Assembly (NCBI GenBank): GCA_963514005.1 | Contig: OY740789.1 | Coordinates: 55,924,001 to 55,988,000, forward strand | Length of the DNA stretch: 64,000 nt | Origin: Raja brachyura | Lineage: Eukaryota | Reading direction: 5' to 3' | Shown here: positions 50,273 to 63,655 of the stretch, in pieces | How the letters are laid out: every line of letters starts with the position of its first letter | Numbering within the stretch: position 1 is the first letter of the stretch | Notes under the pieces: generated by a model | What the model was told of the DNA's origin: nothing | The model's database searches: none | What the model saw: only the letters and a program-made list of their open reading frames with translations | Translations under genes and position numbers: made by a program

Positions 50273-50800
50273 AAGGAAAGACATCCTTGCCATAGAGGGG
50301 GTACAGAGAAGATTCACCAGACTGATTCCTGGGATGTCAGGACTTTCATATGAGGAAAGATTGGATAGACTCGGTTTGTACTCGATGGAATTTAGAAGAT
50401 TGAGGGGGGATCTTATAGAAACCTACAAAATTCTTAAGGGGTTGGACAAGCTAGATGCTGGAAGATTGTTCCCGATGTTGGGGGAGTCCAGAACAAGGGG
50501 TCACAGTCTAAGGATAAGGGGGAATTCCTTTAGGACCGAAATGAGGAAAACATTCTTTACACAGAGAGTGGTGAGTCTCTGGAATTCTCTGCCACAGAAG
50601 GTAGTTGAGGCCAGTTCATTGGCTATATTTAAGAGGGCGTTAGATGTGGCACTTGTGGCTAAAGGGATCAGGGGGTATGGAGAGAAGGCAGGTACGGGAT
50701 ACTGAGTTGGATGATCAGCCATGATCACATTGAATGGCGGTGCAGGCTCGAAGGGCCGAATGGCCTACTCCTGCACCTATTTTCTATGTTTCTATGTTTT
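50273..50800 (+). mobile_element. CR1 3' fragment inserted in a minus-strand SINE (50160-50272 and 50800-50975)
   Basis: ORF 50334-50705 is the CR1 C-terminus; near-identical to the 3' end of the 45782 copy; tacaa on both sides. Confidence 0.92.
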
Positions 50801-52544
50801 TACAAACCTATATGTCTTTGAAACATGGGAGGAAACCGGTACACCTGGAGAAAATCCATGTGGTCACGAGGGGAACAAACAAACTCCGTACAGACAGCTC
50901 CTGTAGTCAGGATCAAACCCGGGACTCTGGCGCTGTGAGTCAGCAACTCTATCACTGCCCCACCGTGCCACCTCACGGCGTCTTTGATCTTTTTAGATAG
51001 CATTGGGAGCTAGTATGAGAGAAGCTTTGCTGAATTCCAGATCGTAGAAGAGACTTGCTCTCTCCCAGAATCCAAAGGATCTAGCAGGATTACCTGGATC
51101 ATCATCAGAGTCAGTTGTCAAATCCCATATTGTTACCTAACCCAGGAATACAGGGATCAAACCCATGCGACCTATTACAATACTGATTAAATGTAAAAAC
51201 TAGCTCTGGGCCAGAGATCAAAGCGCGGACGTTTCTGGTCCGTTTAATGCAATATCACATCACATGGCAGCATTGGCTGCTAAGCATTCGGAATCCATGA
51301 AACGCTTTGAAATATGTTTAGCTGATGGATTTGACACACCTTTACCACAGAACTGCTTCTCTTTGGGAGGCCTGGTATCACAGGTGGTACAGCACCTGCC
51401 TCCAAGCTAAGTTTATGTTAGTTCATCTCAAGTGCTAGTTTACTTTATTACTCCAGGCTTCACGTTTGAACTTTGCAGATGCTATCAGATTACCTCAGCA
51501 GCAATTCTTTCACATGCTAACATTTCTATGTTCCATTTTATCAGAAACATGTAGCGTACCTTATGGAACAAAAGTTAAATTAGAATTGGAGCAATCGCCC
51601 TGCAGGTTCAAGGATGGAGGTAAAAAGCTTATCAGTAAATGCTTTCAAATCTTTTTGAAAGAAAGTTCAGGTTCTCAACTAAAATGACATTCCAATTAGG
51701 TGTTCTGCTTACAATCTTTGTGCAAGATGTGCAGTATAATCAAGATATATTGGCTGGTATCGGTTTATTACTGTCACGTGTGCTGACACACAATGAAAAA
51801 CGTTGTTCTGTGTGCTATCTGCAATGATCATACCATACATGAGAACAACAGCCTCCATAACTTTCCTGTTATGGGACGATGAGAACTGCACACAATACTC
51901 CAGATGCGGCCCAACCAAAGGCATTTAATAAAATGCAAGTAAAAATCGTATTCCGAAGAATCCTTCCCAATGGCTTCCCAACCTCTGACTCGAGGTTCAC
52001 TGGCCTTTAATTCCCGGGATATTCTATAATACCCTCTTAAACAAAGGAAACAACAGATGGCATTAAAGATAAAGCGTTAGCCAATAAATAGGAGTCTGAT
52101 GCAGGTGCCTTTGTTATCCATATGTTTCAGGTATGACTTGCTTGGCCAGGAGATAGTGTCTGGCCTGTTGTCACGGTAAAGGAATGGCAGTAGAACTACA
52201 CCGTCTTGGAGGCGGGAGTTGCTGTATGATTTGACAAGTTTCTCAATTATGGTTGTTGGCAATATAGTCATTAAGCACACTACCCTGTTTTCTTTTGGCC
52301 CCAGTTGTTAATGAATTACACAGATTGACCACCCTCTGACTAAAGAAATTCCTCTTCATCTTTCTATTGGTACATCTTTTTATTCTGAGCCTATGACCTC
52401 TCATTCTGGACTCTCCCAATACTGGAAATATCCTTTCCACGTCCACTCTATCTAGGCCACCCATTAGGCCATCAGTTAATTCTGTCCACACTGGGTGGTT
52501 GGCACTCAAAAGGTTCAATTAGCCCAAGCAGCACAGGATGGCTG

Positions 52545-52800
52545 CCTTCCTGTTACCTCTGGCCTATGTCAACCATGTGCCTCACAAAAACCCTCTCATC
52601 TATATCAACATATTATCTGCCAGGCTTTGTCCTGCCCCTACTCTCTTCCAGCTTTCTCCCCCCACCCCTCCCCACAATCAGTCTTAAGAAGCGTCCCGAC
52701 CCGAAAGGTCACCTATCCATGTTCAATAGAAATGCTGCCTGACCCACTGAGTAACTCCATCACATTGTTTCTTTATTTTGTAACCTAGCATCTGCAGTTC
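52545..52800 (+). mobile_element. Penelope-like terminal repeat remnant
   Basis: acaatcagtcttaagaagcgtcccgacccgaaaggtcacctatcc...gagtaactcc. Confidence 0.65.
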
Positions 52801-53157
52801 ATTGCAATTACATGCATCATAGCCAGTCATCAGATGCACCCTAGCTGAGATGTTCATGAACTATGGGCTTCCTCTTAGGAAGGAGATGAGAAGGAATTTC
52901 TTGTCGGAGGGTGGTGAATCTGTGGAATTCATTGCTACAGACGGCCGTGGAGGCCGTCATTGGGTATTTTTAAAGTGAAGATTCTTAGGTTCTTGATTAG
53001 TAAGGGCATCAAAGGATATGGGGAGAAGGCAGGAGAATGGGTGATTTTATATAAAGGGCTTGGATGATATTCACTTTATTTGTGGTGTTGGCTCAGTCTT
53101 ATAAACTTTTACAAGTGTTCCAAGTTTTGCAGAATGTGAGTCTTGACAAGTTTTACC

Positions 53158-53430
53158 TCACTACTGGTGCTGTCAGTTTGTACGTTCTCCCTGTGACCAC
53201 ATAAGTTTTCTCCGGGTGCTACAGTTTCTTCCCACACGCCAAAGATATACAGTTTTGCGCCTCACCGAGTTTTTCCAGTGTTTTTGCCTACCTTCGGGTT
53301 TGTAGGCTGATTGGCCTCTGTAAATTGTTCCTAGTGTATAGGATAGTGTTAGTGTACGGGGTGATTCCTGGTCGGCACGGACCTGGTGGGCCGAAGGGCC
53401 TGTTTCCATGCTGTGTCTCTTGGGTCTAAA
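53158..53430 (+). mobile_element. HE1-like SINE (5' truncated) containing a short insert
   Basis: V-domain and 3' end; extra segment 53256-53295 resembles the PLE repeat end. Confidence 0.7.
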
Positions 53431-53729
53431 GCCAAACAGAAAGCGACAGGCCAACCCCAAAATAGATGTACGAGACAAATACTTACAATGTGATGACATA
53501 TCACAACGTTTTGCAGCAAGATTATGTGGAATATGTCAGCTGGGTGCATGCACAATATGATAAAAGGAAGAACTTCCGAGGAAAAGCCCAATTGAAGGGT
53601 GATAATGCTCAGTGTGTGACAAGATTGTCACAACCACTGACAGAACAATTCCTACAGATAAACTTGGATGGATGTCTCTTTGCTTGAGGCAATATTGCCT
53701 CCATTTTGAACTTTAATCAGTCCAATTGC

Positions 53730-54155
53730 ATAGAGTCAAAGGGTCATAGAGTCATACTCATACTGTTTAGAAACTGAGCCTTCAGCCCAACTTGCCCACA
53801 CCGACCAACTAGCCCTATTTACCTGCATTTGGCCCATATCCATCTAAACCTGTCCCATCCATGTACCTGTTTAAATGCTTCCTAAACATTGCGATAATCC
53901 CTGCCCCAACTACCTCCTCTGCCCACTCATTCCTTACACCCACCGCCCTTTGTTAGGCCTCAGATTCCTGTAAAATCTTTCCCGCTTCACCTTAAACCAA
54001 CGCCCTCTGGTTCTTAATTCCCCTACTCTGGGCAAGAGTCTCTCTGTGTCAACCCAATCTATTCTCCTCAATGATTTTATACACCTCTATAAGATCACTC
54101 CTCACCTTCCTGTGCTCCGGGGAATAGAGTCCTAGCCTGCTCAACCTCTCCCTAC
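53730..54155 (-). mobile_element. CR1 (HER1-like) 3' fragment
   Basis: Reverse complement of gttgagcaggctaggactctattcc...gggcgttggtttaaggtg...; (atgactct)n tail. Confidence 0.75.
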
Positions 54156-55792
54156 CTCTTCTAAGACTTGGTGAAACTTGGTGAATATCACACTGTTACT
54201 GCAAGAGACAGGGTTCAGTTTATCATTGGGGCCATCAAAGCTGCCCTTGCTCCTTCTTTTGATCCTTCTTCCCTTTCTCCAAATTTGCAGAGGGATTTCT
54301 TTGAAGAACCCTGTTGTTTAGTTCAGGTTTAGATTTATTATTGTCATGTACACTGAGATGCAGTGAAAAGCATTTTTTTGTGCTATCCAGTCAAATCTGT
54401 TCATACTAATCATGAAGACAAACAAGATGAAAATACCAAAGTGCTGAATAGTGTGGTGCAACTATGGAGCAGGAATCCAATATTTAAAAGCATAGGTTCT
54501 TCAAGCTAAATGAAAATAAATATATATTTAAAAATGAATATAAATTATCATATCAACCAGACGGTGCATTTTAAGGGAAGTTTGTGCAGAGACAAAGCCT
54601 GGCAGCTGCAGATGCTACTTCTATGGATATGGCAATGATTACCCATTCAGATCAGTGGGTGATAGTGTGAAATATGACCATATGTCAATTCCAGAGTGAA
54701 ATAATTAAATCAAAATGAAATATTGCCACAAACTGTGTGTGGTGCAAGGCAACCAGAAAGTTGCCATGACAACATCTACCCGCAATTTGATTTTCCAAGT
54801 AAAACCAGTTGGAGAATTGAGGGTAAAATCATCTCAACTGCTCCCCCCATCCAATAATATGATCATAGTAAGTCACAATGATCTGTGATTTAACAACTGG
54901 GGCGTGGATTGGACTTGGACAATGGCATCAAACATGGCGCCTCTTGCATGCAGACTCAGTAGACTATTTGTTTCCGTGCTGCATCTCTAAAAATAAAAGT
55001 TAAATCTAAATTATTAAAGTCTAAACACAGAATGCCAGTGGATCCACTTGGAACTACTCTCTCCAGCCAGCAGGCTTCTCCCCTGGGTCAGGAAGGCAAG
55101 CAACTTGTAGATGCTGGCAATCTGCTCTGTTGGCCTTGACAAAAGATTACATTGCAGCATTCAGCTACAATAAGATAAGTCACAGTCATAACAAGAGCAA
55201 TTCAACAAAGTAACAGCAGAGATATTCCAACCATGTGCATATCTAAGAACAATAAAACAGTATGTGTTTCACACTTTAATAAATTAATAATGCCTTTTTT
55301 ATTTGTCCTTATCTGGGTCCTATTCTGATCCAGCTGCAATTTTATAATTGATAACCAAAGCCATGACACTCTTTGATTATAATAGAAAAATATGGATTAT
55401 TGGGAGACCGCACTTTGAAAGTCGCTGAGGTTCCTTGATTCTCTGGTGGGGCAGGGTGTGAATGGATACCAAGAAAGAGTAATTTCAATATGAACTGCTT
55501 TTGTGTAGTCTGAGAGGAAGAGCTATACAATGAAGCACATTTAATATCCTCTCTTAGAGTCATGCAGTGTGCAAGCAGGTCATTTGACCCAACTTGCCCA
55601 CACCAACCTACATGCCCCATCTACACTAGTCACACCTGCCTGTGTTTGTCCATATCACTCTAAACCTGTCCTATCCATGTCCTCTATATGTCCTAAAGAT
55701 CTTCCATGATTACTCTGAAATCCCAAATAATTTGGTCATTAACTTAATTATAATTTCTCATTATAATTCCTCCTAATTCATTTTCGTTTTTA

Positions 55793-55998
55793 CCTGGGAC
55801 AATTTACAATTTACAGAATCCAATTAATCTACAAATCTGTACGCCTTTGGGATGTGGAATGAAACCGGAGCACCTGGAGAAAACCTATGTGGTCACGGGG
55901 AGAACGTACAAGCTCTGTACAGTCAGCACCCGTAATCAGGCTCGAGCCCGGGTCTCTGGCATTGTAAGGCAGTAACTCTACAGCTGCACCACAGTGTG
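55793..55998 (-). mobile_element. HE1-like V-SINE
   Basis: Reverse-complement head and V-domain. Confidence 0.78.
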
Positions 55999-57319
55999 GC
56001 CATCTTTTTATATTAATATGTTCACAGTTCCCACATTGGGTTGTAGACTTGAAATTTGCTCCACAAATTATTTTCAAGGAAAGGTTATATCGTCTCCTCG
56101 CATAGGTGCAGATATAATCTCTCCTATACAAAACATAAATACTTTCCATGAAAATTATTATGAATACATTTTACAAAATAACTAGAACAAGGCTGAACCT
56201 CATAGGCAACATACAAAAACAAACTCTTCCAGGAAAACAGCTTCGATATTTGAGTTTATTACTTTGGAAAGAATTCTCCTTGCACAAACACCTAATTTCC
56301 AAGATCTGTATTAGCCTATCGAGCAGAAGCTGGACAAATGAGATCTGGACCACCCACAAGTTTATCCCAGTGCTCCACAGCTCAAATGGACAAAGCAATT
56401 TTGCAATCCCAAACAGTAAACAAGTGAATTGAATTATTCATTTTGTTTGAATCAAGCAATATTTTGGCAGAAGTCATTAATGTCTTTCAGTGAATGTTGC
56501 AGAAAGCAGCAGCATGATCGTATCCTTACAATTTGTGACCTTAACAGCAGTCAGACAATCAAATCGGAACTGCACAAAATGCTATTCAAGCGTGACTTTT
56601 CACCTTTTCAATCTGCTTACAATTATTGTTCTTTTTAACCTCAGCAATCTTTTCACTTCGGGTGACGTCAAACTCCCACTTTGCCTAGAAAGAGCACGAA
56701 CATAGCCACAACTTGAAATCTCTCTTTAACTCACACGGTGCCCAAACCCTCCAAGTTTGCCTTGGCGTCTCTGTGGTCAGAAATGTCTTTTGGGCATTCA
56801 GTTAGTCAATTAGCAGGCTCACCCACAAGAATTCGGCAGCACCATCCAAAACCACAGGGGCTGTGTTCAGGATTGTTTCTCTGACAATTCAACTGCAATG
56901 AATGGGGGGGGGAACAAAAACTAAAAGTGACCATTGATTCTTGTGTTCACCCATTATAGCCAAAATTAGTTTTAAATGTCAAGAATAAAGGAAGTCTCTG
57001 TATGGAAAATGTTAAAGGAGTCATTTTACTTCCGGCATGTTCATGTTTTTTTGTCAAACCTCCAAGTGGTCTTTTTTTCCTCAGATTTTTGTAAGCTTTT
57101 GCAGGCTTTTGCAGGCTTTTGTAATCCTCCATCAGATCCCACCTTCCCTTGACCCAACCACCAGGAGCGAATCAAGACCAATTGTGGCCCTGGCAGTTTA
57201 CAGAGACTCATAAGCTATCACTCCCTATGAATTATACCTTTGTACCCATGTTGTTCTCGCATCCAACATCCATTCTTTTCTGAGAAGCAGGGCAGGCCTG
57301 TTGAGGTTATCTTCCCGAC

Positions 57320-57680
57320 ATAGACACAAAAGGCTGGAGTAACTCAGCAGCTCAAGCAGCATCTCTGGAGAAAAGGAATAGGCGACGTTTCAGAGTGAGA
57401 CTTCTTCAGACTGAGAGTCAGGGGAGAGGGAAACTGGAGGTCTGAGAAGGTACAGAGATCAAAAGAATAAAAGGTATGAAAAGAACAAATCAGGGCCAGC
57501 AAGGATGATCAAGGGAAGGAGGAGCCCACAATGGTCCATTGTTGGAAGAAGGGGTATGAACAGTGATACTAACTAGGATGATGCTGAAACTAGAAGGACA
57601 ACTAGGGTGGAGGAGGGACGGAGAGAGAGGGAATGCAAGGCTTACTTAAAATTAAAGAAATCAATATTCATACTGCTGGG
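57320..57680 (-). mobile_element. Penelope-like terminal repeat with hammerhead-like core (CTGAAGA...GAAACGTC retained)
   Basis: Minus strand reads cagtctgaagaagtctcactctgaaacgtcgcctattcc (57376-57414). Confidence 0.75.
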
Positions 57681-58085
57681 TCTGGAAGCTTCCTGACAGC
57701 CTGTCAAATATTCTGAGCTGTGCAAAATCCACAGACTTAATATAAAAGTGTGAAACCGACCCAGAGATCAGATAATTTGTTTTTTGTTTTGTTTTATTTT
57801 TATTAGAAGCATATACATATCATAACCAAAACTTGATTTGTTTACCAGTTACATATTAACACACCTTCTGTTTATTTGACTAATCCTTGTCTGATATTTA
57901 TATACTTTCCTCCAAAAATAAATTTGAGCATGTGCCTTTCCACCTTTGGTCAGCTGTCCTGTCTCATGAAGTATGCATGGTGTAGATGATTCCTGGGTCT
58001 GGTATAAAACTGAGCTGCAGTATATATTCCCTCGACATTATCATTGTAAATGATAATCATTATCATTATCATTATCATTGCAGCT

Positions 58086-61000
58086 CAAGATGGCGCCTGC
58101 CTGCGGCGACTTTTGCGGAGCACCAGAACAGAAAAGATTTACCTACAACTTCTATCAACTTACCTGCATCAGGGAAACGGCAGTAATCGGTGCCGTTTCT
58201 GACAGGCTGCTTGTGCAGCTGAAAGCGCTGGCAATTTTGCGATCTCCCGCAGCTGCGGGAACACCGGACTTTAAACTTTCCCTCGCTGGCTGTGAAACTC
58301 CCGACCCGACTGAGGAACCCAGGTACGGCACCTGGAAACCCCGGAATGACCTCCAGAACCGACGGGCTGGATATCCCAGAAGAAATTAAGCTGGAGCTGC
58401 TGATTCTGAGGGAACCCCCGTTCGTTACGGAGCTGGAGCTGCCGTCTGTGAGGGAATTCCCGTTACAGCGCTGGTCCGCAGAAACAGCAGGTACAGGAAA
58501 CACAGTACCTGGGAACAAAGGGGAAGCCTCCATTGTGTCCGGAAACGTGGCCGGCGTGCAGGACTTCAGGTCAGACTGAAGCGCAGGGGACTTTGGCCCC
58601 CTCTCCCTACTATCCTACTGGCCAATGTACAGTCCCTTGAAAATAAAGTGGAGGACTTAAGGGCAAGGCTGCTTTATCAAAGGGAGCTGAGGAAATGCTC
58701 TGTGTTCTGTTTCACAGAGACATGGCTCACCCCCAGCTCCCCAGACTCAGCAGTCCAGCCTGAAGGGTTCTCCATCCATCGTATGGACCGTACACTGGCA
58801 TCAGGGAAAGGGAGAGGAGGGAGTGTCTGCCTCATGGTCAACTCTGCGTGGTGCTCAGACATGGCAGTCCTGTCCAACTCCTGCTCTCCACACTTCGAAC
58901 ATCTGGCGGTGAAGTGCCGTCCCTTCTACCTACCGAGGGAATTCACCTCCATCATCCTGACCGCGGTCTACATCCCACCCCACGCAGACGTCCGTCTGGC
59001 ACTGGAGGAGCTGCATGCCATGGTCAACAAATACCAGACGTCTTACCCCGAGGCATTTACCACCATTGCTGGGGACTTCAATAAGGCAAACCTAAAGAAA
59101 TCACTCCCCAACTTCCACCAACATGTCTCCTCCTGCACTAGAGGACCAAACACCCTCGACCACTGCTACACCACCATCAAGGATGCCTACCGCTCTATCC
59201 CTCGCCCTCACTTTGGTAAATCCGACCATACCGCGGTGCTGCTTCTTCCTGCCTACAGGCAGCAATTAAAGAGCGCACCCCCAGAGGTGAGCACAGTACA
59301 GAGCTGGTCGGTGGGGGCAGAAGAACAACTACAAGACTATGTTGAAGGACTCGGCAACGGACTTGAATGAATACGCCACAGTCATCACAGACTTCATAAA
59401 GAAATGTGTGGAGGACTGCATCCCTACAAAAACCTTCCGAGTGTTTCCCAATCAGAAACCTTGGAAGAACTGTGAGATCCACACTCTTCTGAAGACCAGA
59501 CACCGGGCATTCATGTCTGATGACACAGTGGTCTACAAGAAGTCCAGATACGACCTGGGTAAGGCCATCAAAAAGGCCAAAAGGGAGTTCTGCTCCAAGC
59601 TGGAGGATGAGAGAGATGTTCGGCAGCTGTGGCGGGGACTGAATGCAATCACCTCTTACAAGGCGAAACCAGGAGGCAGCTCGGATGTTGGCGATACATC
59701 ACTTCCTGATGAGCTCAATGCATTTTACGCACGCTTTGATAGGGACAACACCGATGTGCCTTCCCGAGCCCCTATTCGCTGTGATGGTATTTCAGTCTCG
59801 GTCACAGAGGCCGATGTCAGGAAATCCTTCAGTGGGGTGAACCCTCGAAAAGCGTCTGGACCTGATGGCATACCTGGTCGTGTCCTAAAAACCTGTGCGG
59901 ACCAACTGGCTGGAGTTTTTACGGATATTTTCAACCTGTCACTTCTGAGGTCTGAGGTTCCCACCTGCTTCAAAAGAGCATCAATAATACTGGTGCCCAA
60001 GAAGAGCAAGGTGACGTGCCTCAATGACTATCGACCTGTGGCACTAACGCCTGTGGTAATGAAGTGCTTCGAGAGGTTGATCATGGCGCAAATCAACTCC
60101 TACCTCGACAAAAACCTGGACCCACTGTAGTTCGCTTACCGCCACAACAGATCAACGGTGGACGCGGTCTCGCTGACCCTCCACTCCGCTCTGGACCACT
60201 TGGACAACAAAAACTCATATGTCAGGCTGCTATTCATTGACTACAGCTCGGCATTTAACACAATCATCCCCTCCAAGCTGGTTACCAAACTCGCAGAACT
60301 GGGTCTTTGCGCATCCCTCTGCAATTGGATCCTCAACTTCCTCATCCACAGCCCACAGTCTGTTCGTATTGGTGGAAATGTGTCAGACTCGATAACAATC
60401 AGCACGGGAGCACCTCAGGGCTGCGTGCTCAGCCCCCTGCTGTACTCACTCTATACTCATGACTGCGTAGCCGGTCATAGCGCGAACTCCATCATCAAGT
60501 TCGCTGACGACACCACTGTTGTGGGACGTATCTCTGATGGGGATGAGTCCGAGTATAGAAGAGAGATCGAGCAACTGTCCATATGGTGCCAGCACAACAA
60601 CCTGGCCCTCAACACCAGCAAAACCAAGGAACTGATTGTGGACTTTGGAAGGAGTAGGATGGGGACCCACAGTCCTGTTTATATCAACGGGTCGATGGTT
60701 GAAAGGGTCAAGAGCTTCAAATTCCTGGGCGTGCACATCTGTGAAGATCTTTCCTGGTCCGAGAACACAGATGCATTTATTAAGAAAGCTCATCAGCGCC
60801 TCTACTTCCTGAGAAGATTACGGAGAGTTGGTCTGTCAAGGAGGACTCTCTCTAACTTCTACAGGTGTACAGTAGAGAGCTTGCTGACTGGTTGCATCGT
60901 GGCTTGGTTCGGCAACTTGAGCGCCCTGGAGAGGAAAAGACTACAAAAAGTAGTAAACACTGCCCAGTCCATCATCGGCTCTGACCTTCCTTCCATCGAG

Positions 61001-61353
61001 GGGATTTATCACAGTCGCTGCCTCAAAAAGGCTGACAGCATCATCAAGGACCCACACCACCCTGGCCACACACTCATCTCCCTGCTACCTTCGGGTAGAA
61101 GGTACAGGAGCCTGAAGACTGCAACAACCCGGTTTAGGAATAGCTACTTCCCCACAGCCATCAGGCTATTAACCTGGCTCGGAACTCTGAACATTAATAT
61201 CCCTCCATCTGTTATTTGCACTTTATTAATCCATGGGTGTATTTATGTATAGAATTGTAGTCAATGCCTTCTATGTTCTGTTGTGCTATGCAAAGAAAGA
61301 TTTTCATTGTCCTGTCAGGGACACATGACAATAAACTCTTTTGACTTTTGACT
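58086..61353 (+). mobile_element. Rex1/Babar non-LTR retrotransposon, near full length, disabled
   Basis: 5' caagatggcg; RKRGRRAGLQVRL...LLANVQSLENK; APE FTETWL, VYIPP, AGDFN, SDH; [29 protein letters not shown]; frameshift near 59335 and stop at 60128-60130; ttgact-type tail. Confidence 0.93.
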
Positions 61354-61624
61354 AAAACCCCAAACTCACACTCAAATTGATCTTACTAATTGACTCCGTA
61401 ATGGCACCCGTGGGCTTTGCTCTTCACAAGTATTAGCCAAGAGCTCTTGGCACACATGCCCTTTGTCGGTAAGCATTACCCCAATTCCTACTGATCTCCA
61501 CAAGCAACCTTTCCATCACTGGTTTGATTTTTAAAAGCTGCGCTCCTGTCAATGCTATGGAACCTTGTCCAAAATGTCATCCCACTCACACCACTCGTCT
61601 GCTTTCAAATTATTCTTTCATAAG

Positions 61625-62592
61625 ATCAATGATTTGGATGGAGGGATTCAAAGTAACATTAGCAAATTTTCAGATGACACAAAGCTGGGTGGCAGTGTGA
61701 ACTGTGAGGAGCATGCTAAGAGAATGCAGGGTGACTTGGATAGGTTGGGGGAATGGACAGATGCATGGCGGATGAATTTTAATGCAGATAAATGTGAGGT
61801 TATCCACTTTGGTACCAAAACCGGAAGGCAGATTACTATCTAAATGGCATCAAGTTGGGAAAAGGGGATCTGGGGTCCTTGTACATCAGTCTATGAAAGT
61901 AAGCATGCAGGTACAACAGGCAGTGAAGAAAGCGAATGGCATGTTGGCCTTTATAACAAGAGGAATCGAATATCGGAGCAAAGAGGTCCTTCGGCAGTTG
62001 TACAGAGCCCTAGTGAGCCCACACCTGGAGTATTGTGCGCAGTTTTGGTCCTTTAATTTGAGGAAGGACATTCTTGCTATTGAGGGAGTGCAGCGTAGGT
62101 TTACAAGGTTAATTCCCGGGATGGCGGGACTGTCATATGTTGAGAGAATGGAGCAGCTGGGCTTGTACACTCTGGAGCTTAGAAGGATGAGAGGGTATCT
62201 CATTGAAACATATAAGATTGTTAAGGGTTTGGACACGCTAGAGGCAGGAAACATGTTCCCGATGTTGGGGGAGTCCCGAATCAGGGGCCACAGTTTAAGA
62301 ATAAGGAGTAAACCATTTAGGACGGAGGCAACTAAACACTTTTTTTCACAGAGAGTGGTGAGACTGTGGAATTCTCTGCCTCAGAGGGCGGTGGAGGCAG
62401 GTTCTCTGGATGCTTTCAAGAGAGAGCTAGATAGGGCTCTTAAAAATAGCGGAGTCAGGGGATATGGGGAGAAAGCAGGAACGGGGTACTGATTGGGGAT
62501 GATCAGCCATCATCATCTCATTGAATGGCGGTGCTGGCTCGAAGGGTCGAATGGCCTACTCCTGCACCTATTATCTATTGTCTATTGTCTAT
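61625..62592 (+). mobile_element. CR1 LINE 3' fragment
   Basis: KFSDDTKLGG...LEYCAQFWS...LWNSLPQRAVE; (tctattg)n tail. Confidence 0.92.
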
Positions 62593-62659
62593 CATAAGAT
62601 TATAAATGATAGGAGTAGAATTAGGCCATTCGTCCATTCAGCCCATCTAGTCTTGGTTT

Positions 62660-63316
62660 CAATGTTTTTATTGGAAGCATTTGCACAAAAAAAACTGACA
62701 ATTTTACAGCTCAGTGAACAGCTTCAATTTTAACATTTTCCAAAAATGACATTAAATTAAAAAGAGAGAGAAAGAAGGAGAAGAGAGACAAAAAAGAAAA
62801 ATGAAAAGAGGGGAGATATACCCGTCGACCCACATGTACGCCCGCTCACCCAGCACTACGGGTTATTTCGAATTTGTGTTCAAATATTGTATTGTTCAAG
62901 TAAATCAATAAAAGATGACCATATTTTTAAAAATTGCTTCAGTTTATCATTCAAGATAAACGTAATTCTCTCTGGAGGTAATGTGTCTGTCATTTCTGTA
63001 ATCCACATCTTCACTGGAGGGACATGTTTCCAGAATTTAAGTAAGAGTTTTTTTGCTGATGTTAGTCCATAGGCAACAAAGCATTATCAGTTTTGAGTCT
63101 GGCTCTAATGGGATTTTCAGTACATTGGAGAGGACTTCAATCCAAAAACGTTCTATTTTTGTACAAAGTACAAAGCTGTGAGTTAAAGTGACTCCTTGGA
63201 GCTGACACGTGTCGCAGAGAGGGGAAACACTTGGGAAAACTTTGTTCAGTTTGTTTTTTGAGTAGTATAACCTGTGCAGCACTTTGAACTGTATCAGGCA
63301 ATGTCTGGCTTTCATG
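62660..63316 (-). mobile_element. L1-clade LINE 3' fragment (zf-RVT region of ORF2)
   Basis: ARHCLIQFKVLHRLYYSK...SPLCDTC...TLTHSFVLCTKIERFW is the CxxC-H-C knuckle of L1 ORF2. Confidence 0.82.
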
Positions 63317-63319
63317 GAG

Positions 63320-63655
63320 CACAGCCCATCAAGTCTACTCCACCATTCAGTCACGGCTGATCTATCTCTCCCTCCTAATCCCATTCTCCTTCCTTCTCCC
63401 CATAACCTCTGACACCTATTCTAATCAAGAATCTATATATCTCTGCCTTAATAATATCCACTGACTTTGCCTCCACAGCCTTCTGTGGCAAAGAATGCCA
63501 CAGATTCACCACCCTCTGACTAACAAAATTCCTCCTCATCTCCTTCATAAAAGAACGTATTTTAATTCTGAGGCTATGACCTCTAGTCCTAGACTCTCCC
63601 ACTTGTGGAAACATCCTCTCCCCATCCACTCTAAACAAGCATTTCACTATTCCAT
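63320..63655 (-). mobile_element. CR1 3' fragment
   Basis: RVDGERMFPQVGESRTRGHSLRIK...LWHSLPQKAVEA. Confidence 0.85.

Noticed and set aside
56663-56670. Perfect CRE palindrome tgacgtca
   Set aside because: A single 8-mer is expected about once by chance in a window of this size, and no supporting cluster was seen.
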